Source: Hydrolagus affinis (Eukaryota). Taken from it: a DNA stretch of 64,000 nt. Under the pieces are notes generated by a model, which saw only the letters and a program-made list of their open reading frames with translations, was not told the DNA's origin and searched no databases. Below, piece by piece: positions 11,454 to 24,050 of this stretch; position 1 is the stretch's first letter; every line of letters begins with the position of its first letter. A program made the position numbers and the translations under genes. The stretch covers positions 1 through 64,000 of the forward strand of contig JAAILG010000217.1 in NCBI GenBank assembly GCA_012026655.1, in the 5' to 3' direction.

Positions 11454-12099
11454 GTAAATCATCATATTTCATATATTATTATAGCTCAGTAATAATCCAG
11501 TGAACCTGGTCCATGGTGGTCAATTTGGGGTCAACTACATAGTGGGGGTGGGGGGTGGGGTGGTGGTGGAGGGGTGGAGAAGGGGTATTCTGCTGTTGAA
11601 TATCATTTGTTCAATTATAGTTAGGGTTGATCTTTCTAAATGTGTGATCAGAGGAAGACACTAGTCTTGCATTAATCAAAGCATTTGGAGTTTCTCATGA
11701 ATTATAATGGTGCACTCTCCCTTTTAATTTACTCTCTTTGAGAAGTCCTGGAACAAAAGATTCAAGAATGAATAAAGCAGATCTTTCCAAAGTCACATGC
11801 ATAATGTGCTCGAGCATAGACTAAGCTAATTTAATTGAACTCAGGAGGCAAATTTCTATTTTATCCTGGAGGTGGGAAAGAGATGTTTTAACACCAAGCC
11901 TAAATCTATCCACACTGCTGAATAGTGTTGAGGAACAGGATCACAGTCATGCCTGATGCTGTCCTCAGCTGAAGTTCTATAGATAAATATTTTCCTGTGA
12001 GTTTCCTGAAAAGCTAATAGGAGCAGGCAGAATTTTTGTTTTCTTTCCTTTAAAGCGGGAAATAGGGGCCAAATGAAATCCTCCTGGCTCAGAACAAGT

Positions 12100-12210
12100 A
12101 ATAATAATCCTTGCATTTGATATAGAGCATTATCACGTTGTTGAGACATCTCAAAGTGCTGCACAAAATATACTGTAAAGTGAATTGACTGTGTATTTTG
12201 TGGGTGAAAT
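12100..12210 (-). mobile_element. SINE 3' fragment
   Basis: ataataatccttgcatttgatatag...gtaaagtgaattgactgtg. Confidence 0.8.
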
Positions 12211-12834
12211 ACTAACTCATTGGTAGCTAACTTATCAAGACAAGCAACGGAACTCAGTAACTTTCAGGTCTGGTTTGGCTCAGCACACCACATGGTGCAA
12301 TCCCTAGATTCAACCAATCAGAGAGCGAATCATTTATTCAACTAATAAATTGGCTTTATTTTTAAAAACACACACAGACAAATGGGGAATAGTGTCAAGA
12401 CTTCTAGGGGAGAAGTAGGCTTTCAGTCTCTGTGTCCGTAAACAGCATTTGAGCTTGCTGTTTGAATCAATACTGGTGGTTAGGTTTATTGTGATTAATG
12501 CACACAATCAATCAATCAATCAATCAATCTAAAACTTACATTTATATAGCGTCTTTCACGTCAAGAGGATGTCCCAAAGCGCTGACAGATAGCTCAATTA
12601 AAAGAATGCAAAGAGCTCAGTGAACGCAAGTCACTTTTTTACAATTGTAACATCTGAATTATTTCAGGTTTTCATTCAGTATTTTGTTGTGTGAAATTCT
12701 TTGTTAAAATGTTGTGATCCAGAACAAGATGACGATGCATCTTTTTCAAAATGAAAGAGATTGCTTGATTCTGTTTAATAATGCATCATTGTCTCGTCTA
12801 CACATAGCTATTACCGTTATAAAAAAAGGCTTAA

Positions 12835-13180
12835 ATAACAGGAAAGTTCCAGGTTCTTGGTATGTGCTGAGTCAGTTGGTATCAGATCGGGCAGCAGCTG
12901 AGATGCTACAATTAGCCTTAGTGACCTTTGAACTAGGGAGAGGAGATGTGTCAGGTTTCCTACTCCCAATTGCTGTCCAGTGACCCCACATCTGCATGTC
13001 AGCGAGAGCAGAATTGAGCTCAGCTGTGAGGCCGCTGTTCCCCATTGTCACATTGTCTGTGAACATTCCCAGCTTAAACTCGCACACAAAGAAGGGTCAT
13101 GTGGGCAAAGCACCAGAGGGCGCCCATGGAACAGAACCCAGCAGAATTCAGTCAGCACCTCTTGGAAAGCAGGGAAGAGA
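12835..13180 (+). mobile_element. Older SINE-like interspersed repeat (family not firmly named; possibly AmnSINE2-related)
   Basis: ggaaagttccaggttc...tgtgctgagtcagttg...tacaattagcc...gagctcagctgtga...tcagcacct; homologous degraded copy at 21285-21620. Confidence 0.55.
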
Positions 13181-13427
13181 ACACGAGAAAGTAAATGTGT
13201 AAACAAAAATGTCAGATGGTAACAGTTAATACTGCTAAATAACAGGGAGGATATATTCAGAATAGCCTTCATGTAAAAGTTCACGTGAATAAGAACTAAT
13301 GTACAACAACATTGATTTCTTCACATTCACTATTTTGTAATTAAATGTAACAAAACACAAACACAGTAAATGAATAGAGTATTATAGTACTGTATCTACT
13401 ATAGTATCAACAAAACAACAAAAAAGA

Positions 13428-13595
13428 TCATTTCAAGCCACGATTATTTGTGGGACACTGCTGCATGCAATTGGCTGCCGTGTTTCGCCCACAAATATAC
13501 AGTCAATTCACTTTACACTATATTCTGTGAAGTGCTTTGAGACGTCTAAAAGATGTAAAAAACGCTATATCAAAATGCAAGGATTATTATTATTG
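13428..13595 (+). mobile_element. 5'-truncated tRNA-derived Deu-type SINE
   Basis: tgtgggacactgctgcatgcaattggctgccgtgtttcgcccacaaatatacag...aaggattattatt. Confidence 0.85.
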
Positions 13596-15699
13596 TTAGC
13601 TTAGTTTTGTTTCCTATACCCTATTCTCTTAAAACATTAGCTCTCTAGAGTACAGTTGAACAAATGCTAATGTTCCACCTCTAATTTGTCAAAGTGGCTA
13701 TTAGTCACATATAAGCCTAGACATTTGAATAGCAGCAGGGAATTTAGTTTGTGCAATGGGGAGGCAGATATCCCATCTCGTCCTATTCACAACATCATTG
13801 AAGCATGTGCATTTTTCAGCAGAAATAACTTAAGGCAGCAAGTAGCTGATAATATAATGTGTCTAAGTTACCGTTGGTCCTGATAATTCAGCAGTCTAGA
13901 AAGCAAGCCCAAGACCTTCCTACTTGCTCTGAATAGTTTAGCACTAGGTAATTTTTGCACTGATCCAATAAGAAATTTATAGTGTATATTTAATTTCAAA
14001 CTTGGATCAATTGAGTGACATAATGTTAGTATTCTGAGGGTCATTACTTGTTTAAAATGCATGTTGGTTAACCACAGGAGTTGTCCCAATTTTGTAGTAT
14101 TGCAGTTTAGTTGTGAAATGTAAAACCTATTTTCCTCCAGCAGTGTCTGAGATTGTAAATGTCATTGTATATTAATAGTTTAAGATAGGCGTAGATTGTG
14201 TAACCTACCCATCAAATTCCTGGACAGAATCACTGTTCACAAGTTAGGGAAGCACAACAGATATGCTGAATTTAAACCATTATAAACTTTAATGGTTTAT
14301 AGTGGGAGGATGTTTGTGAAAACTTGGTCACCTAAGGCTGTAAATTTCTCATCTTATTATCTTATTAGCTTATTAGCTTTATGAGCATAGTTCATAAAGA
14401 CTACAACTGTGCATAACTGCAAAATTCTCAAATTCAGTATTAAATTGTGAGCCAGTGGATCCCAAATGACTGAATTTAAGAATTTTCACAAATTCTGCAA
14501 ATCTAAACTTTTACATTTTGAGAGAGTTGGAGACCTCGGGCAATGTGTGCATTATGCTAACACTGCTTCCTGTCAACTGCATCTTTTCAACATGAAAGAG
14601 AGATACCAGCTCAGGCTGTCAGAGTATATTCAGATACGTTATGCAGTTCTCCACGGTAGAGAGCCAAGGAATAGAAAGATGGACCTTTTCTCCTTACAAT
14701 ATGAGGCTGATTACAGATCATAAATTATTGGAAAAGTCAGCTGTGTTTTCTTTGCCTCAGTACTTACAGCAGCATACCTCAATTTGGATATTTCCCTCGA
14801 TAGTTCCTCACATAAAGTATCTTTAGATCCCACTGGAAAAGTGCAAACTGTCCATTTAACCTTTGCCACGCACTGGAAAACAAAGCATGTACTTATTAGA
14901 AAGTGCTTAACTTTTATTCCCCACCTCCTTCTCTTCTCCTGAGGCACCAACACAGATATGGGTACAACTCCACGATCATTGATCATTCTCCAGTATATCA
15001 CCCTAGTTTGCGTAGTTCATGTGGAGAGCAGGCAGGCCAGGCAGTTACAGGGGACACTACAAACAAGACTAAACCAACTCTCACATACATGAATTGTGTG
15101 TATGTAAAGTGGGGTGGGGTTGGTGCCACTAGATAGTACTAATCAGAAGCCACAAGCCAGGTTGATTTATTCCCCTATTGTAGGAGGGAGCATGGAGGCC
15201 ACTTGCAGCTCTCCTAATATTGCCTCAGCTGACAACAACAACAAACAAAATTACATTTATAGAGTGCCTTTCACGTCGGGAGGATGTCCCAAGGCGCTAG
15301 GAGTTGGGGGGAATAATAGAAGGAATAGAAAGTTGGGAGGCTCACAAGCCTGTTCTTGTTTACCTCCTAGCTGTTCAAGAACTAACATAGATACAAGTGA
15401 TAGAACAGTCTGTTTGCCAAACATGTAGGTCAGGGAATGGAATACAAAAATATCTTTCAAATTAGGAAGTGAAGTCCAGGAAATTGCAGTCTTCCTTATC
15501 CAGTAGGTTTTGTAAGTTTTCAGCTCAGGCACTGAGCCTGAATATTAAAACTTGTGCAAAATTTTCTTGATTCAGTCTTGGGATGTGGGGTGTGTTGGCA
15601 TTTTACCAGGATTTATCTAGTTAAAAATTGGTGGTGAGCTTTTCTCTTTAATTTCTGTGCATGTGAAAAAAAGTTTGAAGGGCGGCAGTAAAGGGTAGT

Positions 15700-16055
15700 G
15701 ACTGTGTTGAGGGTAATTGTGGCAGCCCATTTGCACATAGCAATGTCCCACAAACAACCATGAAGTGAATGGCCAATTGTATTGGGGGGGGGGAGGGGGA
15801 TTGTTGGCCACAACACCTGGAGAAACTCCTTTCTCTTTTCAGATAGTGCTATGGGATCTTTAACCTTTACCTGAATAGACAGTCGATTTACATCTCATCT
15901 GAAAGACTTCACCAACTACAATCTCACCTACCCCCCTCCAGTACCACAGTGAAGTGTCAACCTGCACTACAAGTTCAAAAGTTCTTGATATGGGGCATCA
16001 GCCAGCAGGCTGCTGACTCAAAAGACGAAAGTGCTACCAACTGAGCCAGGCTAAC
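15700..16055 (-). mobile_element. Old Deu-domain SINE
   Basis: gattgttggcc...aaactcc...ctatgggatctttaac...cctgaatagacag...gtgctaccaactgagcc (antisense head). Confidence 0.7.
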
Positions 16056-17019
16056 ACATATGCTATCAACATATGCTGACAATTAAATCAAAGTGACCTT
16101 ATTTCTCTTTTAACAACTAGCGAAATGTCTCATTTGTACTGAAATTAAATTGCCTATTTTTTTTAAAAAAATCTTTAGAAACAATGCTATATTTTACCTT
16201 TTCTTTTATCATAATTCCTGTTGTTGAAACTTTTTTTCAAAATAAAAAAAAGAAACACCCCACAGGAGACAAATACACATGTTCTTTCACTATTCCAGGC
16301 TTTCCAGAGAATCTGACAAGCAGCACAGAATCGAAGGCTTCATTAGATAAGAACAGAATATGGTGGAAACCCACTGAGGGGTCGGTCAGTCAACATCTCA
16401 ATGAGAAACATATGTCAGACGCTTTATCAGTTGTAGGGATTTACTTGAAATCTCAGATGGACCACAATGGTCTTTTCCTTTCTATGCCATGTAAAAGTAC
16501 AGAACTGTCTGTATACTATTCTGCACACACCAGTAACCACTGAATGACAGCAATGTGACACATAAGCTCAGTAGATGGCAATAAAATAGCCTCATCCTTA
16601 ACTTGACTTCTAACAATTTTGTCATTCATCACATTTTCTAAACCTGTCAAGTTGTTCTCAGGATACCCTCAGGGATCATTCCTTTGTACAATTCAACCAC
16701 ATTCGATGATACTGTTGCTTTGTTAATGTTGATATAATTAGATAATGAGTGGAAACATATTTCTGTGGGATTCAACACATCAGCATTATTATTGGCACAA
16801 ATCGGGAAGCAAAGCAGATGTTGTATTAAGTAGAGAATCACAGCTACTGGGGTGGAGATTATCAAGTTGAAAAAACACAAGTTGTTCTTACCATTTCTTG
16901 TTCTTCCAAGAAAAGTTTATCGACTTTGTAACGGGGTAGACAATTGTGCAGCTTGTTCTGTTCTTGATTTTCGAGCTGATACCCCAACCTGTAGCAGATT
17001 GAACCCAGGATGGAAGCCT

Positions 17020-17430
17020 AGTCTAGGCTGATGCTCCCTGTCTCGGAGCGGATCAATTTCAAGATCCTCATTCTTGTTTTCAAATCCCTCCATTCCTCTG
17101 CAACCCCAACCTCTCTGACCTCCTCTCCCCTCACAACAGTACCCATTGCCTTCGCTCTACCGGGTCTGGCCTCCTTCTTGTCCCCTGAATCCTCTGTTCC
17201 ACTGTCGGCGGCCGTGCCTTCAGCTGCTACGCCACGAGGCTCTGGAACTCCCTTCCTCACTCCCTTCACCTCGCCCCCTCATTTCCTATTTTCAGGTCCT
17301 TTCTTTTCGACCGCACTTTTGGTCACCTTTTTCCCCTTCCCCTTGGCTTGGCCCCGGGATCCGTTATTGTGAAGCGCTCTGAGAGCCGTCTGGCGTGGAG
17401 AGTGCTATATAAATCCCAAGTTGTTGTTAT
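17020..17430 (+). mobile_element. L2 LINE 3' end
   Basis: LPVSERINFKILILVFKSLH L2 ORF2 C-terminal motif, then tail gtgaagcgctctgagagccgtctggcgtggagagtgctatataaat(gtt)n. Confidence 0.85.
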
Positions 17431-17494
17431 GCTCCCAATATAGACCTGGGGGTGCGTATCAGAGGTCAGATGATACACACGTTGAGCTGAAGTG

Positions 17495-17755
17495 ATGCCT
17501 GCCTGTTCAGGTGGATGTTAAAGATCCCATGGCAGTATTCAAAAAGAGTAAGGCAATTCTCCTATTGCCCTGGCCAACAATCCCCCAGATAAAATTGGTC
17601 ACTTGGTTGCTTGAAGGATATTGCTGTGACCAATTAGCTGCTGTGTTTGCCTACAAATCGCAGACCCTACACATGACAATAAATCCAATGAAGCGCTTTG
17701 AGATAATTTGATGTTTTGATAAGACGCTATATCAAATGCAAGGTTTATTATTATA
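17495..17755 (+). mobile_element. Old Deu-domain SINE fragment
   Basis: ctgcctgttcaggtggatgttaaagatcccatggcagtattc...aagcgctttgag...atcaaatgcaagg. Confidence 0.8.
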
Positions 17756-20700
17756 ATTACATCTGTGGGCTGGTAACTGCATAATAAGCATTAATTTATA
17801 AAGGGACATACTGTTTGTCTCAAATTATCAGCTATGCACTACGAAGTATTATAGTGAATACATTCCAAGGTAGAGACAGAAGTAAGATATCACCGATTCT
17901 CTGAAAGTGCTGCCGTCTCCTCCCGACCTGCTGTCCAACCACTTGTCCTCCTCCTGTATGTTTGATCTTTCAGTTGCTGGAGTAATGGCACAGTGCTGTC
18001 CTCTTAAGTATATGATTTTATATACTTTATCCATAAAATACACTTACCAAAAAGAATTTATTTTGCTAAATTGCTCATTAGTGAACTAATAGACAGTCAC
18101 TACACTTAACAGTAATTATTTTTAAGTGTAGTGACTGTATTTGTAGGCACAAATGTTCTTTCCTCCCTGTATCCTAATCCTGTACTACCAATCTTAATAA
18201 TCACTTTGTCTTTACTTTATATTTTTGGATATTACATACATCCCACTTCCTGCTTTGATGTCTAAAGACCGTGGAGTAAGGAAACTTCAGAGGATGAATG
18301 TTTTATAAACAAGAATTAACCATTTTTGATGTGGTCAAAAACATGCCCTTTCTCTCTCGCTCTCTCCCCCCAACCACCTCCCCCCCCCACCCCACCACCC
18401 CGCCTTCAACCCAGTCAAAATGACTAATGTTTGCTGATGTTCCTTATATTTACAATTCCCCTTTTTAATTGTAGAGCCACAATTAGTTGCTCAGCATGTT
18501 ATTTTGATGGTACAATATCTGAGTTGTGTACAGGGTGATGATGGTGTATACAGGTATGGATGATGTTATTACATCATCACTTTGCACTAAATAAAATTAG
18601 ACATTCAACCTGTAACTATTTATAATTTTAAAAGTGAGTCGAATTTTTTACAATAAGATTCAGATAATAATTTGTGTTCCTTTGTTTCCTCTCTCCCGTT
18701 TCCTGTGCTTTTGGCAACATATGTGGTTGCGTTGTGGGTTGCTTAGCCTTTACATATAGCTAAGCTATATGTACCTTTAAGAATCAATTGTTCAGAGGCA
18801 CAAGAGACATTAGTGACTGAAGCTTACAATTACAGAAGTAAACATTTGTTTAGGCTCCACTAGTTGAACTTTTTGAAACTGGGCTTGAGTTTAGGAGACT
18901 CTAGTACAATAACTTAAACTATAATAGTGAATTTCACATAGGATGAATGTCTTGAAGTACTTCAGAACAACACTGGGGATAGGAAAGCAGGGGAATTTGA
19001 GGATGCTGAGCAAACCATGGTGGAAGAGTTAACTTTTTAGAGGGTTTGGAAGGCAAGGAGAGTAGTTTCAAGGCAAAGTTACTTAGGGATCATTTTTCAA
19101 CCTTAAAACAACAATGGTGATGCTAACCAGACCAGTGCTAAATGTGATGTTGTAATTTGAGCTGTGTGGGTCCACTTTTTAATAATAGTTTATCTCTTTT
19201 AAGTAAGTGTGTATGTACTCATGCATGCATGTGCATGGTTATGTGTGTGTGGTTTTAAACTCAACTAAGCCCCTCATTGTTTGAAAGCTGAGGCATTATT
19301 ATATCACCATTACCTTTGTCAAGTTCAGACAGAGTTTCTGTTACATAAGACATCATATTTAATGGTCTCTTCTGCCGACATTGCTGCAATGAAAATTAAG
19401 CGTTAAGTGGCATTAAGTGCTGTAGTGTTACTGCTGTTGAGTTGTGTGCACATCCTTTTCTTGCAGAAAGGTTAAAACAGGAATTGCTCCAATATGTATT
19501 TGAAATCTGGAATAATACTGTTTCCAGGATTAATATCAAATAGCATTGTTGCCAATATTTTTATTTAGGTGCAGATTTTTGATTATTATGTTGGTATAAA
19601 AAGAGATTCTCAAGACTACACAATTCCTGTATAAGCTCAATGATGGGCCTTTCCAACATAAAATTAACTGAATCAATGAAATATTAATGAGCCCAGAATT
19701 ACTGGAGTTAATCACTTTGCTATTTAGACTCACTAATCACCTTATGTTTTAAATGCGTAATTTTACTCCAGACACACTGATGATATGCTGGAAGAATAAT
19801 TATAGATATAAGGGACAGAAAAAGACAAAGGGTGAACTTGGTTTGTTACGGATGGAGACGACTGAAAAGTTTAACCTTGAAGGATTTGAACAATGAGAGT
19901 CATTTATTTTAATTACATGTTTGTGTTAAATCAGGTCTGGAAAAACATCATGTCTCCAGCGACAGGACATGTCTACCCTGGACATGTGTCAGCACGTACA
20001 TGATGGTGAAATATAAAGGAAATCTCTCACGTGATTTTAGCTTAGTTTTTATATTTTGAAAAATAATCAAACTCCTTTTGATTCTCCGATGGCTGCATTC
20101 ATTAATTTGTGTGGCTGTTAAAAGAGTCTGTGATCCCGATAAAATGGCCCAGGTCAAAATAACCATTCAGGATTTGATAAGATCCACCCTGCCACAAACA
20201 TTGTAACCAACACCCTATTCTGCAACCAAAATACAGTTATTTTGTGAATGAATCATTGCAGATTCCCTGCCTCTAGTCTCCAGGGCAAGTGTATGATTGT
20301 TCTGATCTATAGCTTGGGCTGAAGTCATGTTTAAGTCATCAATGACTTTGTAGCTAAAGGCTACATTGGTGCTTGGCTAATTTCAAATTAAAAGTGGAGC
20401 CAAACTGTTAATGTGCATTAAAAGACAACCAGTTGCCAAAGGCTGCTGATGTGTTTGTCCCACTCCAAAAACATTTCTGTATGTGAATTGACACGTGCTA
20501 AGTATCTTGCAGCTTTTGTGGCAATCAGATAGAAATATATGTCCCCACATTCCCGAATGCTTCAATTTACTTCATGAGTTGGCTGGGATGTGTAAGTTTG
20601 CACCAAGGCATCTGTTTACAATCTATTGCACACTTCAATTGTCCAAATGTTGAATATCTGTGCTAAATTGACCAAAGCAGTTTTGGAGTGCAGAGTGGAT

Positions 20701-20970
20701 ACAGTCATGGAAGACATCTCTGGGACTGGACTCTTTACCTACTAATTGTGCAGATATTAATTTTATCACCTAATGAGTCTATATGTTTGGGTATAAACTA
20801 CAATGATCTCTAATTGGATTCCATAACTAAAGAGGGGATTGTTGTGATACGCTTAAGGATTGCTTCCTTAAGGAACTTGGGAATACTATGACTATGTCAC
20901 TATGACTCGTGGGAACTACCCCCAAATCTACCTACTTTCGGAGCAAGGTTCACACAAGTCAATATGATGC

Positions 20971-21106
20971 ACAAAACACAAAATACTACAGATGCTGGGA
21001 ATCTGAAACAAAAACAAAAGTTGCTGGGGAAACTCAGCAGGTCAAGCAGCATCCATGGAGAAAGGAAAAAGAGTCAACGTTTTGGGTCTACAACCCTTCG
21101 TCAGAA
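20971..21106 (-). mobile_element. Penelope-like terminal-repeat fragment; hammerhead core mutated (GAAA to AAAA)
   Basis: Reverse complement of 10815-10950 with 3 substitutions by my count. Confidence 0.8.
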
Positions 21107-21284
21107 GTATTTCATCAGATGTACTTTGGGTATCCATTCCTTAATTAAGGAATCTCATTTAAAATGCTTCATTATTAGCACTAGCAACACTAACTGCACA
21201 CTTGAGTAGCAAATGCACCTGTGTATTATAGCTGTTCATTGTTGTCTGTATAATTTGATGAGAAAATCAAGTGGATTTGAAGCT

Positions 21285-21620
21285 CATCTGATGGCCTTGT
21301 GGGTAAAGGCACTGATTTGGTGCTTTATCAGGGCCACACACATCAGAAAGTCAGTCCCCATTTGTGCCGCATTAGCTGTTGTTCCCAGCCAGGATAGTAT
21401 TTACCGCTCTTTGTGTTTCCAGTCACTGCTTGCGGCTAGAAAGTGCAAGTGTCTGGATGCTGGGTGAGAAATGGGTTATGGCTCAGCTGTGATGCCCTAC
21501 ATTATCGAATAGCCTTCTGATGTTCAATGTCAGGAGTCATGCATAAAAAATAACTTGGGCAATGCAGGGAAACCTGGGAAATTTACCTAACATGATTCAG
21601 TGCCTTCAGGATAGCAGTAA
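21285..21620 (+). mobile_element. Older SINE-like repeat, same family as 12835-13180
   Basis: atggccttgtgggtaaaggcac...ggctcagctgtgatgccc...gaatagcc...tcagtgccttcagg. Confidence 0.55.
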
Positions 21621-23816
21621 ATTGGCCGAAAGTTTAGCCAATTTGCTTGGCTGATACTCTAGGCCAATGCAGTAAACAGACGTCTGGCACAATATTACAA
21701 TGATGTGGAGCCTCACACAACTACTATACTTCAGTTCTACTTCTCAACTGGGGAACAATTCATATTGGATTGGCAGGTTTTATGCTTTGGCACATTCGCC
21801 TACAATATACACAATCACTCCCCTTTTATGGCTAATCCTGTGAAGTGCTTTGAGACATCATCACCCAATGTGAAATGTACCATATAAATGCAAGAATTAT
21901 TCTTAATATTATCTGGGAAAATGCAAGAGGGAAATAGTAAATGAAAAAAACAAGCTGATGGAAAGGACGATCAGTTTATAACTGATGGAACTAATAAGGT
22001 ATTTAGCATTATGTAAATAATAATCCTTACATTTGATATAGCACCTTATCACATCATCGAGAGGTCTCAAAACACTTCACAGCATTTTGCTTGCTGTGCA
22101 ATTGTAGACAAAGACCAAGAAAGGGGAATTTCAACTAGTCTTTTTATAAAGAATCCTCTGCAGTTAAGATAGTGCAGTCAGCTACGCTCTATTTGAGACA
22201 AAGAAACTGAAATTCTAGCAAAATGTTTTTGAGATATTTCGAGAACAATAGTAAAGCCTTTGCTTGAATTTTAAAAAGATAAAAATCTTTTATTGTAAAT
22301 CGGGCTTCAACTGCTTCCCCAGGAATCACGTTCACAAAACACATTTCCTCACCGCCTCTGCAGGGGAAATGCCCACTCGCCATCACAATCCCTTTGTGCC
22401 AAACTAGTTCACTTAAGCCAATACTAGAGGGCCACAAACACCAGCTGCTGTCGCGAGTTTGTGCTGTGGGTCTGCAGCTTTAGCTGACGAAACCTGCTGC
22501 TCCCACCCCCATCCAGACATTGCGTTGGCTGAGTAAGTTGTAATCATGTGAGAATGGCTGGTGTAATTAGAGAAAGGGCTAAATATACAATAGACTGGTG
22601 AATATATTTAGAGACATTTTCTTCTCTCAATAGTGTTTAACTATTGTGTCTTTTCCATATTTATCAATATCGCTCTTTTTTGTTTAAACACAACACACAA
22701 TTTACATTTATACAGCACCGTTCACGTTGGGAGGCTGTCTCAAAGTACATCACACAGCTGACTGCAATTGTTTTCACAATGGATTTGCACGTGGCAAACC
22801 CAGAGTAGTTAGCACTTCAGTCTGGCTGAAGATGGAAGAACTGAGAATAACTCATGAATAAAACACTGTGCAGTTACTGTGAATATAGCCTAAACCAGTG
22901 GTGATTTTGCCCACAAAATACATAGTCAATTCACTGTACAGTATATTCTGTGTAGAGCTTTGAGAAGTCTCAACACATGATAAGGTGCTTTATCTAAAGC
23001 AGGTACTATGATGAGAGTTACCGTGAGAGATAGTGAATAAACTCTTGTTCACTTTTTGCTACTAAAATCCTAGGTGATTCAGAATCCTGTCATGTGCTTA
23101 GAAATAGTAAGGTATTATTTTCACAAGAAGTAGTGTGGTGGTATAGTGGTGAAGATTATTTACAGCTAAGCATCATTAACAGATTACATCAAGGCAGATG
23201 TGTTGTCTTAATTACAACCACTGAAACGTGTGTGTGACCGTCAGATATACCCAGAGTTAGGCTCTCAATAAAATATTTGATTCATTATGAAACAAGAGGG
23301 AAATGCTTTTGAAAAAAGCCTAAGGCAGTGATGGCCAACCTTCAAGGTTGGTCAATAAAATAAATATTCTTGATTAAATACTTCAAATGTATGCAATAAA
23401 TCAAGAAATATTCAATCAAGAAAGAACTGAAAGCACACTACTGATTGAACACAACTTACCTAGACTCATGCAAATGTTTTTTTTGGGGGTGGGTGGGGGG
23501 GTCACTTCCGGCCTGCAAGCAACAGGTTGGCCACCACTGGTCTATACTGACACTCCAGTGCAGTGCTGGGGTGCATTGCGTTTTAGGAGGTGAGGCAATA
23601 AACCAAGGTTCTGTCTGCCTGTCTGATGGATGTTAACAATCTCATAGCACTATTTGATAATGGAAAGGAATTATACCACAGTGTTCTGACCAACAATCCC
23701 CCAGATTAAATTGGTCGTTGACTTCATGGCTGCTGATAGGATATTGGTCTGTGAATATTGACTGCCATATTTGCTTACAAAATACACAGACGCCATACTT
23801 GACATTATCTTCTTTG

Positions 23817-24050
23817 ACAAAACACAAAATACTACAGATGCTGGAAATCTGAAACAAAAACAGAAGTTGCTGGGGAAACTCAACAGGTCAGGCAGCATCC
23901 ATGGAGAAAGGAAAAAGAGTCAACGTTTCAGGTCTACAACCCTTCGTCAGAACATGACGAAGAGTTGTAGACCCGAAACGTTGACTCTTTTTCCTTTCTC
24001 CATGGATGCTGCCTGACCTGCTGAATTTCCCCAGCAACTTCTGTTTTTGT
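23817..24050. mobile_element. Head-to-head inverted pair of Penelope-like repeats with 13-bp TSD (1 mismatch)
   Basis: Left arm 23817-23953 and right arm 23955-24050 are reverse complements; flanks attatcttctttg (23804-23816) / attatattctttg (24051-24063). Confidence 0.85.
23919..23953 (-). ncRNA. Minimal hammerhead ribozyme motif (antisense to BIM)
   Basis: Minus strand GUU-CUGACGA-A-GGGU(UGUAG)ACCU-GAAA-CGUU-GAC; cores intact, stem I only 3 bp. Confidence 0.6.

Noticed and set aside
18751-18773. 10-bp perfect inverted repeat tacatatagc-taa-gctatatgta
   Set aside because: Short and AT-rich with no associated feature; no function supportable
19330-20660. AT-rich, TAAT-containing repeat-free intronic stretches that look like conserved non-coding elements (also 38950-39380)
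   Set aside because: Cannot be supported without cross-species alignment
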